A DNA stretch of 64,000 nt from Candidatus Marinacidobacterales bacterium (GCA_965224085.1 CBDCYI010000005.1:832001-896000), one strand, 5' to 3'. Counted from the first letter of the stretch, positions 29,762 through 40,892 are shown. Numbers and translations are program-made. Notes: a model not told the origin generated them from the sequence alone.

Positions 29762-30759
29762 TTGCTCTCGCTCTGGCCACATCGTTCGTCTTGACGCCCC
29801 AGCCGTCGGGAACGAAGGTGCGGCTCCAAGCGGTAAGCGTTTCAGGCGAAGCTGTTATTTGGGCAAGTGGCCTCGAAGGCACTTTTGTGCGTTCCATCGA
29901 CGGCGGGGCGAGCTGGAGTTCCGGCGTCGTCAACGGCGCGGAAGAGCTCCAATTCCGAGACGTCCACGCGGTCGACGCCGACACCGCCTATTTGATGAGC
30001 GCCGGCCCCGGCGAAGCCTCGCGCATTTACAAAACGGAGGACGGCGGCGCGACTTGGGCAACACAGTTCGTGAACGGCGTGCCGGAAGCGTTTTTCGACG
30101 GCATGGATTTTTGGGATGCTGAGAGCGGGCTCGCCTATAGTGATTCCGTCGGAGGCGAGATGGTCTTGATCCGCACGCGCGACGGCGCAACGTGGGAGCG
30201 GATCGACCCGGCGGGCCTCCCGCACCCGCTCCCCGGAGAAGGCGCCTTCGCCGCAAGTGGCACGTGCGTCACCGTGCTCGGCGAGCAGACGGCCTTCGTC
30301 GCCATGGGCGTCGGCGGGGCGCGCGTTCTAAAGACCACGGATCGTGGCGACAGCTGGGAGGTCATCGAAACCCCGGTGCCGCACGGCAACGAGACATCGG
30401 GGCTGACCTCGATCACGTTCCTCGCGAACGGAAGCGGCGTCGCGGCCGGCGGTGACATTTCGGCGCCCGAGAACTACGCCGACAACGTGGCGATCTCGGA
30501 GGATTTCGGCGATAGCTGGTGGCTCGTGGCGGGCCCGACCTTCCCGGGGCCCGTTTACGGAATCGCCTATGTCCCCGGAGCCCCAACCCTCACGATCGTA
30601 GCTGTCGGCCCCGGTGGCGCCAGCTACTCGACCGACGATGGCGGAAGCTGGGCGTCGATTGCGGACGAAAGCTACTGGAGCCTCGCTTTCACGGACGGGG
30701 GCGTTGGCTTTCTCGTCGGTCCCGACGGGCGCCTGACGCGCATCGATTTCGAGCTCTGA
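29758..30759 (+). CDS. YCF48/BNR-repeat beta-propeller protein
   Basis: Asp-box repeats SIDGGASW, TEDGGATW, TTDRGDSW, STDDGGSW. Confidence 0.85.
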   Translation: MIALALATSFVLTPQPSGTKVRLQAVSVSGEAVIWASGLEGTFVRSIDGGASWSSGVVNGAEELQFRDVHAVDADTAYLMSAGPGEASRIYKTEDGGATWATQFVNGVPEAFFDGMDFWDAESGLAYSDSVGGEMVLIRTRDGATWERIDPAGLPHPLPGEGAFAASGTCVTVLGEQTAFVAMGVGGARVLKTTDRGDSWEVIETPVPHGNETSGLTSITFLANGSGVAAGGDISAPENYADNVAISEDFGDSWWLVAGPTFPGPVYGIAYVPGAPTLTIVAVGPGGASYSTDDGGSWASIADESYWSLAFTDGGVGFLVGPDGRLTRIDFEL

Positions 30760-30850
30760 TCGAACCCATTGCAATTCCACGAGGGGCCTGCCAAGCTAGC
30801 GCGGTTTAGGATTCCGCGTTGTCCTTTCGAAACTCAGACCAAGAGTCGTC

Positions 30851-32569
30851 ATGAATATTGATTTGATCCTGGAAATGGTTTTTCACCTCGTCGGTGGATT
30901 GGGCATTTTCTTGCTCGGCATGAAGTACATGCAGCAGGGCCTTCAAGTGATTGCCGGCTCTCGAATCCGACGCGCGATCAGCTTCGTCACGTCCAACCGG
31001 TTCCTCGCGGTCGGAATCGGGGTTTTCGTCACGACCCTCGTTCAGTCGAGCTCCGTTACTTCGGTCATGGTGATCGGTCTCGTCAATAGTGAGCTGATGG
31101 CGCTCACGGAAGCCATCGGCGTCATCATCGGCGCCAATATCGGCACGACGATCACGGGATGGATATTGGCGCTGAAGATCGGGAAATACGGTCTTCCGAT
31201 ACTTGGACTGGCTGCCTTCGGGTGGCTGTTCCTCAAACCCGAAAAGCTGCGTTACACCGCGCTCTCGACTCTCGGAATCGGGATGGTCTTTTTTGGTCTC
31301 GAGCTCATGAAGGACGGCTTCACCCCGGTTCGCGATCTTCCGGATTTCGCGGCCTTGTTCCATTTGTTTGAGGCGACGGATTACTTCGGTGTTCTGAAAT
31401 CCGCCCTCGTAGGATGCCTGGTGACGCTCATCGTTCAGTCTTCGTCCGCCACGTTGGGGATAACGATCGCCCTCGCCAATACTGGCGTGATCGATTTTCA
31501 AACGGCCGGCGCACTGGTGCTCGGCGAAAATATCGGGACGACGATCACGGCTTTCTTGGCGTCTCTCGGCGCGGACGACATCAACGCGAAACGTACGGCC
31601 TATTTTCACGTCGTCTTCAACGTTTCGGGCGTGGCTGTCATCACGGCCCTCTTTCTTCCCGTCTACTTGCCTTTCATCCGAAACGTCGTCTTGGCGGGGG
31701 TGGACCCGAACATGGTGAACGCCGATGGGAACTATCCCTATATGACGGCGGCGATCGCCACCGTACACTCCACCTTCAATGTGATCACTGCCCTCCTGTT
31801 CGTTTCTTTGATCACACCTATCGCGAACATTCTGAAGAGGCTCGTGAAAGACAAGGTCCAACCGACGAGAACGCATCTCACCCATCTGGATTTTCAGTTG
31901 GTCAGCTCGCCATTGACGGCGATCGAGCAATCGCGCTATGAGATCCAGCGAACGGATGAACACGTCAGAAACATGATGAACGATTTGCGTCTCGTGATTA
32001 CCGACCCGAAGACGGACAAAAGCGTGGCCGACAAGATATTCAAGGAAGAGGCTACGATTGACGACGTTCAAATCGAGGTCACGAAGTTCTTGACCGATCT
32101 GCTCTCGGCGGAGCTGAGTCAAAACGTCGCAGAAGAAGCGCGTGCACAATTGAGATTGGCCGACGAGTTCGAATCCGTGAGTGACTATATTTCGAACGTT
32201 CTCACGCTTTACTTGCGAATGCGTGAAGCAAGCGTGAATTTCACGGACGCACAGCAAGAAGAGCTGTTGGGACTACACGACCTGATAGCTTCCTATTACG
32301 ACGCCGTCCACGCGGGTCTCGATCACGCTTCCGAACACTACTTGGCGGAAATTCGCCAAAGAAGTCGCGAAATCACGGATGAGATAAGAGAGCTCAGAGA
32401 CCGACACTGGAATCGACTGTCCGAGGAAACCGTAGATCCGCTTATCAGTACCTCCTATATGGATATTGCGACTTCCTATCGCAGAATCAAGGATCACCTT
32501 TTGAACATCGGTGAGGCGGTCGTCGGCGGTAAAACCGTTGCCCAACCACCGCCGAGCTCAGCAGCGTGA
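30851..32569 (+). CDS. Na+/phosphate cotransporter family protein with PhoU-like domain
   Basis: QSSS twice, GANIGTT and GENIGTT, helical C-terminus. Confidence 0.92.
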   Translation: MNIDLILEMVFHLVGGLGIFLLGMKYMQQGLQVIAGSRIRRAISFVTSNRFLAVGIGVFVTTLVQSSSVTSVMVIGLVNSELMALTEAIGVIIGANIGTTITGWILALKIGKYGLPILGLAAFGWLFLKPEKLRYTALSTLGIGMVFFGLELMKDGFTPVRDLPDFAALFHLFEATDYFGVLKSALVGCLVTLIVQSSSATLGITIALANTGVIDFQTAGALVLGENIGTTITAFLASLGADDINAKRTAYFHVVFNVSGVAVITALFLPVYLPFIRNVVLAGVDPNMVNADGNYPYMTAAIATVHSTFNVITALLFVSLITPIANILKRLVKDKVQPTRTHLTHLDFQLVSSPLTAIEQSRYEIQRTDEHVRNMMNDLRLVITDPKTDKSVADKIFKEEATIDDVQIEVTKFLTDLLSAELSQNVAEEARAQLRLADEFESVSDYISNVLTLYLRMREASVNFTDAQQEELLGLHDLIASYYDAVHAGLDHASEHYLAEIRQRSREITDEIRELRDRHWNRLSEETVDPLISTSYMDIATSYRRIKDHLLNIGEAVVGGKTVAQPPPSSAA

Positions 32570-32755
32570 TGGGCGCGCCGCAGGCGACACGCGCGTCCGG
32601 CGAGCTATGCGTCGACCGCCATGGGACGACAGCGTGTAAGGAGATAGGCCTGCACCGCCGCATCTAGACCTTTAGGGGTTCTGGGATGTTCGGTGGCTCG
32701 CATCTTCGGGTTGCACTATCATTGACGCCCGTATTTCGTGGAGCCCGTCTCCTGG

Positions 32756-32940
32756 ATGGTTGCCAAGAAGCTCGCCTGCGTCGCTCTCGTCGTCCTTTCT
32801 GCCCGGCTCCTCGCCGGATGCCTTGCCGGAACTCGCTCCGATCTCGTTCGCGGCGAGAATCCACGCCACGAATACGCGCTTGTCGGCGCGCCGGATCACG
32901 ACGTCGTCGCCTATGCCGAGTTTTGTAAACGCGAGCTCGC
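32756..32940 (+). pseudogene. N-terminal fragment of a putative lipoprotein
   Basis: MVAKKLACVALVVLSARLLAGC..., abuts the truncated minus-strand gene near 32935. Confidence 0.35.
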
Positions 32941-33334
32941 TCGGAGAAAAGCCGACCGTGCCAACGTCGGACATGAACGCGAACGGATATTCGAAGATCG
33001 TGTCGTCGAGGAGTGTCACGACGACATGCTCTGGTGATCCGTCCCCGTCGCGCCGGATGCGCCCGCTCGTCAGTTGCGAGAAACGGGTCATGAAGTTGAT
33101 GTCGGAGTAGGGGTAGTCGGTGTTCCAGCCATAGCCGGAAGGCTCGCCGCGGACGCTCTCATAGAGGATGCGGCAAAACGTGAAGAGGTCGTTCGATGGA
33201 GTATTCGGCTGGGCGAATCGCGGCGGTACGCGGTTCCACCATCCGCGGCCCTGGCCGAGCGCGACACCGCCGAGGACGAGGGCCGAAAGCCCGAGCCCTA
33301 TCAGCCACGACCGAATGCGCGCGGAGCGAAGCAT
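32935..33334 (-). pseudogene. DUF4159-family protein, 3'-truncated
   Basis: FTFCRILY, GWNTDYPYSDIN, FEYPFAFMSDVG; the family-like sequence stops at GFSPSE. Confidence 0.7.
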
Positions 33335-33373
33335 GTGTTTGCGCCCTCGCCACCATGATACCCAAACGACGCG

Positions 33374-33640
33374 TCATTTGCGACGCGTGCGCTCGGGCTC
33401 GGCATGGAGCGCGCGCTGAAGCCGCTTCGGCATGACGAGACGATAGCTCTCCTGAACGAGCTCTTCGACTTCACGCCACTCGAGCGGCGCCCCATCGAGG
33501 CGTAACGACGTCCAACCGTGCTTGCCGATATCCATCACCGTTTTCGGCATCTTGGCATCCATGATGAAGTGGATCGTCGTTACGAGGTGCACGAACAAAT
33601 CCGTGGAAATGCCTCCGAGCGACGTGACCCGCCAGTGGTC
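33374..33640 (-). pseudogene. Chimeric remnant: Gfo/Idh/MocA-like fragment joined to an MmcQ/YjbR C-terminus
   Basis: GGISTDLFVHLVTTIHFIM followed by IGKHGWTSLRLDG..WREVEELVQESYRLV. Confidence 0.5.
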
Positions 33641-33710
33641 AAAATCACGATCACTGTATCAGACGCGAGGCGTTTGACCCCACTCCCATACCAAGGATAG
33701 TTTCAGCCTT

Positions 33711-33764
33711 ATGCAGATCATCCGCAGGCGCAAGACTTACGACGTCGCCGTGATCGGCTCCGGA
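33711..33764 (+). pseudogene. N-terminal stub of an FAD-dependent (GMC-like) oxidoreductase cut by IS-B copy 3
   Basis: MQIIRRRKTYDVAVIGSG, then IS sequence. Confidence 0.6.
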
Positions 33765-35450
33765 GAGGTTGAGAAAAAGGGAGTAATCGCAAATTTAGGG
33801 CTAGTCTTCTGAGGGGTTGTCCGCTTAGAATCGAAGTCGTCAAAAACAAGAGTCTAAACGACTTAACTCCAAAGGAGACCAGCCCTAAATGCGAAAAACA
33901 ATCATTCCACAACCAAGCCTATGCGAGCCCTGGCTGGAGGTGGAGCACGCGCGCGAGCTCGAAGCGATCTCGTCGGTGCTCGATGCCCATCCTAAGCTCA
34001 ATGAGCTGGTACTGCAAGACCTGAGGTCGGTCACCCCATCGGCAGGGAGCGATGTTGGTCGTGGGGGAGTGAGCGCGGAGCAGGTTCTCCGGGCGTTGTT
34101 GGTCAAGCAGCTGAATCAGTTCACCTATCGGGAGCTGGCGTTTCACTTGGCAGACTCTCGAAGCTATCGGACGTTTTGCCAGCTCGGCATCATAGAGCCG
34201 AGCCCGTCGAAGTCGACCCTAGCAGCAAACATCAAAGCCGTGAAGTTCGAAACGCTGGAGAAAATCAACCGAGAGCTGGTGAGTGTTGCCGAGAAGACCG
34301 CGATCGAAAAAGGAAGAAAAGTACGAGTGGACTGCACGGTAGTGGAGTCGAATATTCATTCTCCTACGGACTCCGAGCTTCTTTATGACTGCGTCCGAGT
34401 TCTCTTTATGACTGCGTCCGAGTTCTCACTCGCCTCATGTGCCGAACTCGCGAACTGCTGGGTACAGTAGTGGTCTTCGGCAATCGAACGCGTCGAGCGA
34501 AGAGACGTCGACTGGGAGTTCTAAACGCGAAGGATAAGGAACAAAGGCGTCGCGTCTATCGAGATCTACTGAAGGTGTCGGAAGAAACCTATCGCTCCGC
34601 TCAACGCGTTGCAGACCAGTTGGACGAGTCCGGCTTGACCGAGCCGGTGAAGCGAGCGAGTGCGGAGAAGATCGCCGCGGATTTTAAGCACTTTCTCGTC
34701 CTCACCGAAAAAGTCATCAACCAAACTCGGCGTAGAGTGATTGATGAAGAGCGTGTGCCTGCGGAGGAAAAGGTCGTTTCGATCTTCGAAGAACACACCG
34801 ACATTATTCGCAAAGACCGGCGCGAGACTCTCTACGGTCACAAGGTGTGTTTGACTGGTGGCTCGTCCTCGATGATTTTGGATTGCGTGATCTTGGATGG
34901 GAATCCGTCCGATTCAACTCTCGCGGAAACCATGATCGACCGTCAAGTCGAACTCTACGAACGGGCCCCGCGCCAGGTTGCCTACGATGGCGCGTTTTCT
35001 TCAAAGGCAAACTTGGAAGCCATCAAAGGCAAGGGAGTTGAAGATGTTGCCTTTACCAAGGCTCACTTCGCGGTGACCGATATGGTCAAGAGTTCCTGGG
35101 TCTATCAACGCCTACGGCGATTTCGCTGCGGAATCGAAGGCGTCATTTCGTTCTTGAAACGAGTCTTTGGTCTCGACCGATGCACATGGCGCTCATTGCC
35201 TTCTTTCAAATCCTACGTATGGAGTTCCATCATCACCTGCAACCTGTTGGTAATGGCAAGGCACCTATTACGATAATAATGATTGCTCTTACTGCGTTTA
35301 TAGCCATGGATTGCTGACGATTCGCCTCTCGTTTCGTCCAAGATTTTCATTCGCTTCCGAGCCTACGAGGTGCCGACTGAAAACGTATAATACCCACATC
35401 TTCGATAGGCCTCTCGTACACCACAAGTTATGGTGTTTCTGGACAGGAAC
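33764..35450 (+). mobile_element. IS-B copy 3: left IR missing, divergent 5' part
   Basis: Begins at AGAGGTTGAG, 21 bp inside the normal end; right IR intact and followed by TAGCTA. Confidence 0.9.
33889..35276 (+). pseudogene. IS-B transposase frameshifted by a 23-bp tandem duplication
   Basis: ctttatgactgcgtccgagttct at 34381-34403 and 34404-34426. Confidence 0.9.
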
Positions 35451-35456
35451 TAGCTA

Positions 35457-37391
35457 GAGCCTGTTGCAAAACGTAACCGCTTTCACCGTTGGTTTCAATC
35501 CGCGTCCAATCGGGCAGCTGACAGATCTGTGATTTGCCGGCGCCAAACGCGCCTGGATCGATCCGCAAGAATTTTCCCAACTATTTTGTATTTGGTCGTT
35601 TTTTTCTTGACTTGTAGCCTAAGGGATGATATTTATTAGGCGTTATAGGGACCGTTACCAGGCAGTCCGCCCTCTTCTACGTCAACTTCTCCAAACAGGC
35701 GTCGCTCATCAAGGATGATCTACTCGAACCCGTCGACACGCTCCTCGAGGACCCCGAGCTGATAGAACTGACGAGAGAATCGCTCGCTGGTCGTTTCCCG
35801 CTCTCACCGCGTACCGGCCGGGTGAGTATCGCGCCTGACCGCTTGCTCCGCAGCTGTGTACTCAAGCACATCAAAGGATGGTCCTTCCGAGTCCTCGAGC
35901 GGGAGATCCGTTCTAGCCTCGTGTATCGGCGCTTCACTCGCTTCGACGACGATTCGATTCCCAACTACTCCACATTCAGTCGCAACTTTTCCCTACTCGG
36001 TGATGCGTTCGTAGAGAAAATCCATGCCCGTGTGGTCGCTCAGGCTCGAGACGAAAAGGTGGCTACGGGACGCAAGTTACGCACGGATACGACGGTAGTG
36101 GAGAGCAACATCCATTACCCCACAGATAGCTCACTGCTTGCCGATGGCATCCGGGTGCTCACCCGTAGTCTGAAGTGTATTGCAAAGGCTTGTGCTCAAG
36201 GTGCGCTCAAGGTGGTGGACCACAGCCGATCAACGAAAAACAGGCAGCTTGAGATCGACCGCGCCAGCAAGTCGTTCACCGAATCGAGCCAAGTCAAGTT
36301 CAAGCAAAGTTATCGCAAGCTCATGGGCACGGCGCGCAGCGTGGTCCGGCAAGCCGACGAGGTTATTCAGTCGCTCAAGAGCGGAAAGCTTCCGGTCGTG
36401 GGTTCGCTGGTGAGCATCATAAGCAATCAGAGCCAACTCGAACATTATCTGCCACTGTGCAAAAAGGTGTTAGCTCAGACAAAGGCCCGTGTTTTAGGGG
36501 GCCATCGTCACCATCCGGACAAGATCGTCAGCCTGTTCGAGGAGCATACGGCCGTGATCCGAAAAGGCAAAACATGGAAGCCGACCGAGTTTGGACGACT
36601 CGTGCGAATTGATGAGGTGGAGAACGGCATTGTTAGCCACTACGAAGTTGCCGCAGGCAATCCGGCGGACCAAACTCAGTGGATGCCCGCGCTGGAGCAA
36701 CACAAAAAACAGTTCGCTCGTGCGCCGGAGATGGCGACCGCTGACCGCGGATTCTTTTCGGCAGACAATGAACGCAAGGCCATAGATCTCGGTGTAAAGA
36801 AAGTGGTGTTGCCGGCTCGAGGACGACCCTCGAAAAAACGAGCCAAGGTTCAAAAAAAGCGCTGGTTCCGTCGAGCCCTCAAGTGGCGCGGGGGCGTCGA
36901 GTCCCGCATCAGCACCCTCAAGCACCGCTTCGCTATGCTTCGCGCCACCTACAAGGGCGACCGAGGATTCAAGCGTTACGTCGGGTGGTGCGTTATCAGC
37001 CAAAACCTCATATCGATCGCTCGAGTCAAGCGGCGAAGAAAGGACAGCGAAAATGCCGAACCCTTCATTCCGATCCACGTAAACGTCGGGACCAGCTCCT
37101 ACAACAGATTCAACAATATGCGCGAAGGGCGATCTTCGGCACACCCTCCGAAACCTATCGTACCTGCGGTACGCCCACTTGTCGGTGCCACGGGCCCGGG
37201 CCAAAGCATGGCCCTCACCTCTATATCAATTTTCGTGGCAAGCACGGCAAGACTACCGGCTACTATGTGCCCCAAGCCGCACACAAGCGTATCCGCGAAG
37301 GCGTCGCCGCATGGCAGAGCTTGCAGGATTGTCTGCGAGAACTCGCGGACATCAACAAGCAAAATACGCTCGACCGTGCCCGACAGGCGCG
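35457..37391 (+). mobile_element. IS-A copy 2, right end truncated
   Basis: Reverse complement of 109-2043; lacks the last 88 bp including the IR. Confidence 0.9.
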
Positions 37392-37435
37392 GACGCCTTC
37401 TGGATGATCGCGCTTCACGTAGAAGCGCAGGTTGA
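35822..37435 (+). CDS. IS-A transposase copy 2
   Basis: Identical to 14..1678 up to the truncation junction. Confidence 0.85.
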   Translation: MSIAPDRLLRSCVLKHIKGWSFRVLEREIRSSLVYRRFTRFDDDSIPNYSTFSRNFSLLGDAFVEKIHARVVAQARDEKVATGRKLRTDTTVVESNIHYPTDSSLLADGIRVLTRSLKCIAKACAQGALKVVDHSRSTKNRQLEIDRASKSFTESSQVKFKQSYRKLMGTARSVVRQADEVIQSLKSGKLPVVGSLVSIISNQSQLEHYLPLCKKVLAQTKARVLGGHRHHPDKIVSLFEEHTAVIRKGKTWKPTEFGRLVRIDEVENGIVSHYEVAAGNPADQTQWMPALEQHKKQFARAPEMATADRGFFSADNERKAIDLGVKKVVLPARGRPSKKRAKVQKKRWFRRALKWRGGVESRISTLKHRFAMLRATYKGDRGFKRYVGWCVISQNLISIARVKRRRKDSENAEPFIPIHVNVGTSSYNRFNNMREGRSSAHPPKPIVPAVRPLVGATGPGQSMALTSISIFVASTARLPATMCPKPHTSVSAKASPHGRACRIVCENSRTSTSKIRSTVPDRRGRLLDDRASRRSAG

Positions 37436-37895
37436 CCTCGTCGAAATCGCGGTGGAACGGGATGGGGATCCCGCCAACGCGCGTCTTCAGGAACCGAAAG
37501 CCGACCATCGAGACGAACGTCTTGCCTCGCCACGCGTCGAGCTCGGTCCCCTGAGGCAAAAGCGCTCCGAGCACCTCCGGTCCTTGGAGCTCTTCCTCGA
37601 GCCAATAGCCGATCTCAACGCGTTTATTGAGCCAGTCGACCCGGGAGAAGCCGATGATCCCCGCGATCTCTCCCCGGTACCGGATACAGCATTGAAAGCC
37701 GTCGCCGTCCGCATACTGCTTGTGCGAGGCGCGGGCGAACGCTTTCGAATCCTCCACCGAGGACGCCGCGTCGACCCAAGGAAGCCACTCTCTTAAATAC
37801 ATGCGCGAGACCTCGACGAGCGCGAAGATCTCGTCGGCATCGCGCATCTCGACCATCTCGAGCGTCGTATGGTCATCGACCACATGCACGAACAT
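37392..37895 (-). pseudogene. Fused remnants: RimJ/RimL-type GNAT N-terminal part plus a DUF2071 (YqjF-like) internal fragment
   Basis: YLREWLPWV..VEIGYWL, then GTELDAWRGKTFVSMVGFRF..FDEVNLRFYV. Confidence 0.7.
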
Positions 37896-38063
37896 TATTT
37901 ATCCAGGCGTCTCAACATCGCGACCCATTCGATAGGACGCCTTACTTCAGTTCCGCCATGATACAGCGACCTCAGAGCCCTGTGCTTGGACTCCGGCTCC
38001 GGGTGGAGACGTCGTCTCTCGGAATTGACCAGGCGCCGCGTGATCTGCTAGAACGACGAGCCA

Positions 38064-39062
38064 ATGCGTATTGATTCGAATCAACTCATGGCTTGGACAG
38101 CGCTGCTATTTGCAGCGACAGCGCTCGGTGCCTGCAACGATGCTCAGATCCTTCGAGCGTCTCATCAATGGCCCGACGGCGACGTACGCGGGGAGCTTCT
38201 CGAGATCATCCGTAGCGAGCTCCAGGCAGAGAACACGGGTCTCGAGATGCGGATCTACCCGGGGCAGTCGCTTTTCGAAGCAACGGAGCAGTGGGCGGCG
38301 ATGACCCGCGGCCGTCTCGATATTTCCGTCTTTCCGCTCGCTTATGCCGCGGGCCGGCACGCCGAGTTCAACGTAACGCTCATGCCGGGATTGGTGAAGA
38401 GTCACGAGCACGCCCAGCGTGTCAACGCCTCGCCGTACATGGACGTGATCCGGAAGCGCATGGAAGAGCAGGGAGTCATCGTTCTCGCCGACGCTTGGCT
38501 CGCGGGCGGTTTTGCGTCGAAGAATGGCTGCATTCGCGAGCCTGACGACGTACGAGGGCAGACGATCCGCGGTGCGGGTAAGGCGTTCGAGCAGATGCTT
38601 CTCGGCGCGGGCGGTTCGATCACGTCCATGCCGAGCTCCGAGATTTACACCGCGATGCAGACCGGCGTTTTGGACGCAACGATTACGAGCAGCATCAGCT
38701 TCGTCTCCTTTCGTCTCTACGAGCAAGTGCAATGCTTCACTGCGCCAGGAGAAACCGCCCTTTGGTTCATGTACGAGCCGATCTTGATGGCCAAGCAAAG
38801 CTTCGACGCTTTGACCGACGACCAACAGGCCGCTCTCATGCGCGCGTCGAAAAAGGCGGAGAGCTTTTTCATGGAGCAAGCGAAAGAGCTCGACCGCAAA
38901 GCCGAAGAAGCGTTTCGGCAAGCGGGCGTCGAAGTGGCTCATTTGAGCGAAGAAGGCCTCGAGGCCTGGTACGCGCTCGCGCGAGAAACGTCGCACAAAC
39001 TCTTCGCCGAAGAAGTCGAGGGCGGCCGGGCGCTTCTCGATCAAGCGCTCGCGGTCGAATGA
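38064..39062 (+). CDS. dctP: TRAP transporter substrate-binding protein
   Basis: IYPGQSLF, MPSSEIYTAMQTGVLDA; first gene of the TRAP trio. Confidence 0.9.
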   Translation: MRIDSNQLMAWTALLFAATALGACNDAQILRASHQWPDGDVRGELLEIIRSELQAENTGLEMRIYPGQSLFEATEQWAAMTRGRLDISVFPLAYAAGRHAEFNVTLMPGLVKSHEHAQRVNASPYMDVIRKRMEEQGVIVLADAWLAGGFASKNGCIREPDDVRGQTIRGAGKAFEQMLLGAGGSITSMPSSEIYTAMQTGVLDATITSSISFVSFRLYEQVQCFTAPGETALWFMYEPILMAKQSFDALTDDQQAALMRASKKAESFFMEQAKELDRKAEEAFRQAGVEVAHLSEEGLEAWYALARETSHKLFAEEVEGGRALLDQALAVE

Positions 39063-39072
39063 GAGCCGCTCG

Positions 39073-39573
39073 TTGAATCGCTCGCGCTTCATCGCCAGCG
39101 TTCGAAAGGCTTCCGAGTTCGCCGGCATCCTCGCCGCTGCCATGATCGGGATTTCGGTGCTGGTGGTCTGCCATCTCGTGTTCACGCGCTATGTCTTGCG
39201 CTCTCCGACCGTATGGCAGACCGAGCTCGTGACCTATTTACTTGTCGGTGCCACATTGATTGGAAGTCCCTACGTCCTGAAGATAGGTGGCCACGTGAGC
39301 GTCGACCTCCTGCCTCACTATCTTTCCGCCGACGGCAAGAAACGGCTCGCGTTCGTAAGCTCGCTCACGGGAATCTTCTTTTGCGGCGTGCTCCTTGTGT
39401 CGGGTCTCGACCTTTGGCACGAAGCCTGGGCTGGTCGTTGGCTCTCCGAGACCGTTTGGGCGGCGCCGCTCTTCATCCCGTATGCAGCACTCCCCCTGGG
39501 TTTTGGCCTGATGCTGCTTCAATATATTGCCGACCTGGCCACCCTGCTCCGAGGCGAGGCCGAAACGTCATGA
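39073..39573 (+). CDS. dctQ: TRAP transporter small permease
   Basis: Four TM segments; RYVL, GGHVSVDLL. Confidence 0.9.
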   Translation: MNRSRFIASVRKASEFAGILAAAMIGISVLVVCHLVFTRYVLRSPTVWQTELVTYLLVGATLIGSPYVLKIGGHVSVDLLPHYLSADGKKRLAFVSSLTGIFFCGVLLVSGLDLWHEAWAGRWLSETVWAAPLFIPYAALPLGFGLMLLQYIADLATLLRGEAETS

Positions 39574-40892
39574 GCCCACTCGTCACGGGTGTGCTCATCG
39601 GTATCGTCACCGTCGTCGTTTTGTTGTCGGGCGTTCCCGTCGCGGTCGGACTCGGCGTCGTGGCCATTTCCTTTCTTCTCATCTTCGAAGGGCCGTCGAG
39701 CTTGACGCTCATGGCGGAGCTTTTCTTCGGCAAGCTCGACGATTTCACCCTTCTCGCCATCCCGATGTTCATCGTGATGGGCGCGGCCATCGCCGCCTCG
39801 CAAGCCGGTGCCGATCTATACGACGCACTCGATCGTTGGCTCTACAAGATTCCAGGCGGGCTCGTGATCTCGAACCTCGGAGGCTGTGCCCTCTTCTCCG
39901 CGCTTTCCGGCTCCTCGCCCGCGACGTGCGCCGCAATCGGCAAGATGGGCATCCCCGCCATGCGCGAGCGCGGCTTCAGCGACAGCCTCGCCGCGGGCGC
40001 CATCGCGGCGGGCGGAACCTTGGGCATTCTCATCCCACCGAGCATCACAATGATCGTCTACGGCATCGCGACGGAGACGTCCATCGGCCGGCTCTTTCTC
40101 GCCGGCGTGATCCCCGGCCTGATGCTGACGACGCTCTTCATGATCTGGGCGCTCTTCGCCACCTGGCGCTTTGGTAGTGCCGCGGTCGAGGAGCGCGACG
40201 TGAGCTTTACCTTACAAGAAAAATTCCAGGCGCTCCCCAAAGTCTTGCCTTTTCTCACTATTATCGTCGCTGTCGTCTACGTGCTCTATGGAGGCGTCGC
40301 AACGCCGTCCGAGACCGCCGGGGTGGGCGCCTTCCTCGTTATCTTGCTGGTGATGCTGATCTATCGTGTGTGGCGGCCGTCAGCGCTCTGGAAGATCATG
40401 AAAGACTCGACGCGCGAGTCCGTGATGATCTTGTTCATCATCGCCGCATCCGGCCTCTTCAGCTTCATGTTGTCGAGCTTATACGTGACTCAGTCGCTCG
40501 CCGAGCTCATCGTGTCCCTGGACGCGGGCCGCTGGGTGTTGATGTTCTTCATAAACATCTTCTTGCTCGTCTCGGGCTTCTTTCTGCCTCCCGTGGCGGT
40601 CATTCTCATGGCCGCACCGATTCTGCTCCCCATCATCACCGAGGCGGGCTTCGACCCCTACTGGTTCGCCGTGGTCCTCACCGTGAACATGGAGATTGGC
40701 CTCATCACGCCGCCCGTAGGCTTGAACCTCTACGTGATCAACAGCATCGTGCCGGACATCGGACTGCCTCAAGTGCTAAAAGGCGCGCTCCCCTTTATGC
40801 TGTGTATGGTGCTGGGCATCGTCCTGCTCTGTTTCTTCCCGCAACTAGCTACGTGGCTCCCAAACACTCTGATGGGCGCGAGCCAACCCTGA
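39570..40892 (+). CDS. dctM: TRAP transporter large permease
   Basis: LAIPMF, SGSSPAT, GTLGILIPPSI, GLITPPVGLNL. Confidence 0.93.
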   Translation: MSPLVTGVLIGIVTVVVLLSGVPVAVGLGVVAISFLLIFEGPSSLTLMAELFFGKLDDFTLLAIPMFIVMGAAIAASQAGADLYDALDRWLYKIPGGLVISNLGGCALFSALSGSSPATCAAIGKMGIPAMRERGFSDSLAAGAIAAGGTLGILIPPSITMIVYGIATETSIGRLFLAGVIPGLMLTTLFMIWALFATWRFGSAAVEERDVSFTLQEKFQALPKVLPFLTIIVAVVYVLYGGVATPSETAGVGAFLVILLVMLIYRVWRPSALWKIMKDSTRESVMILFIIAASGLFSFMLSSLYVTQSLAELIVSLDAGRWVLMFFINIFLLVSGFFLPPVAVILMAAPILLPIITEAGFDPYWFAVVLTVNMEIGLITPPVGLNLYVINSIVPDIGLPQVLKGALPFMLCMVLGIVLLCFFPQLATWLPNTLMGASQP

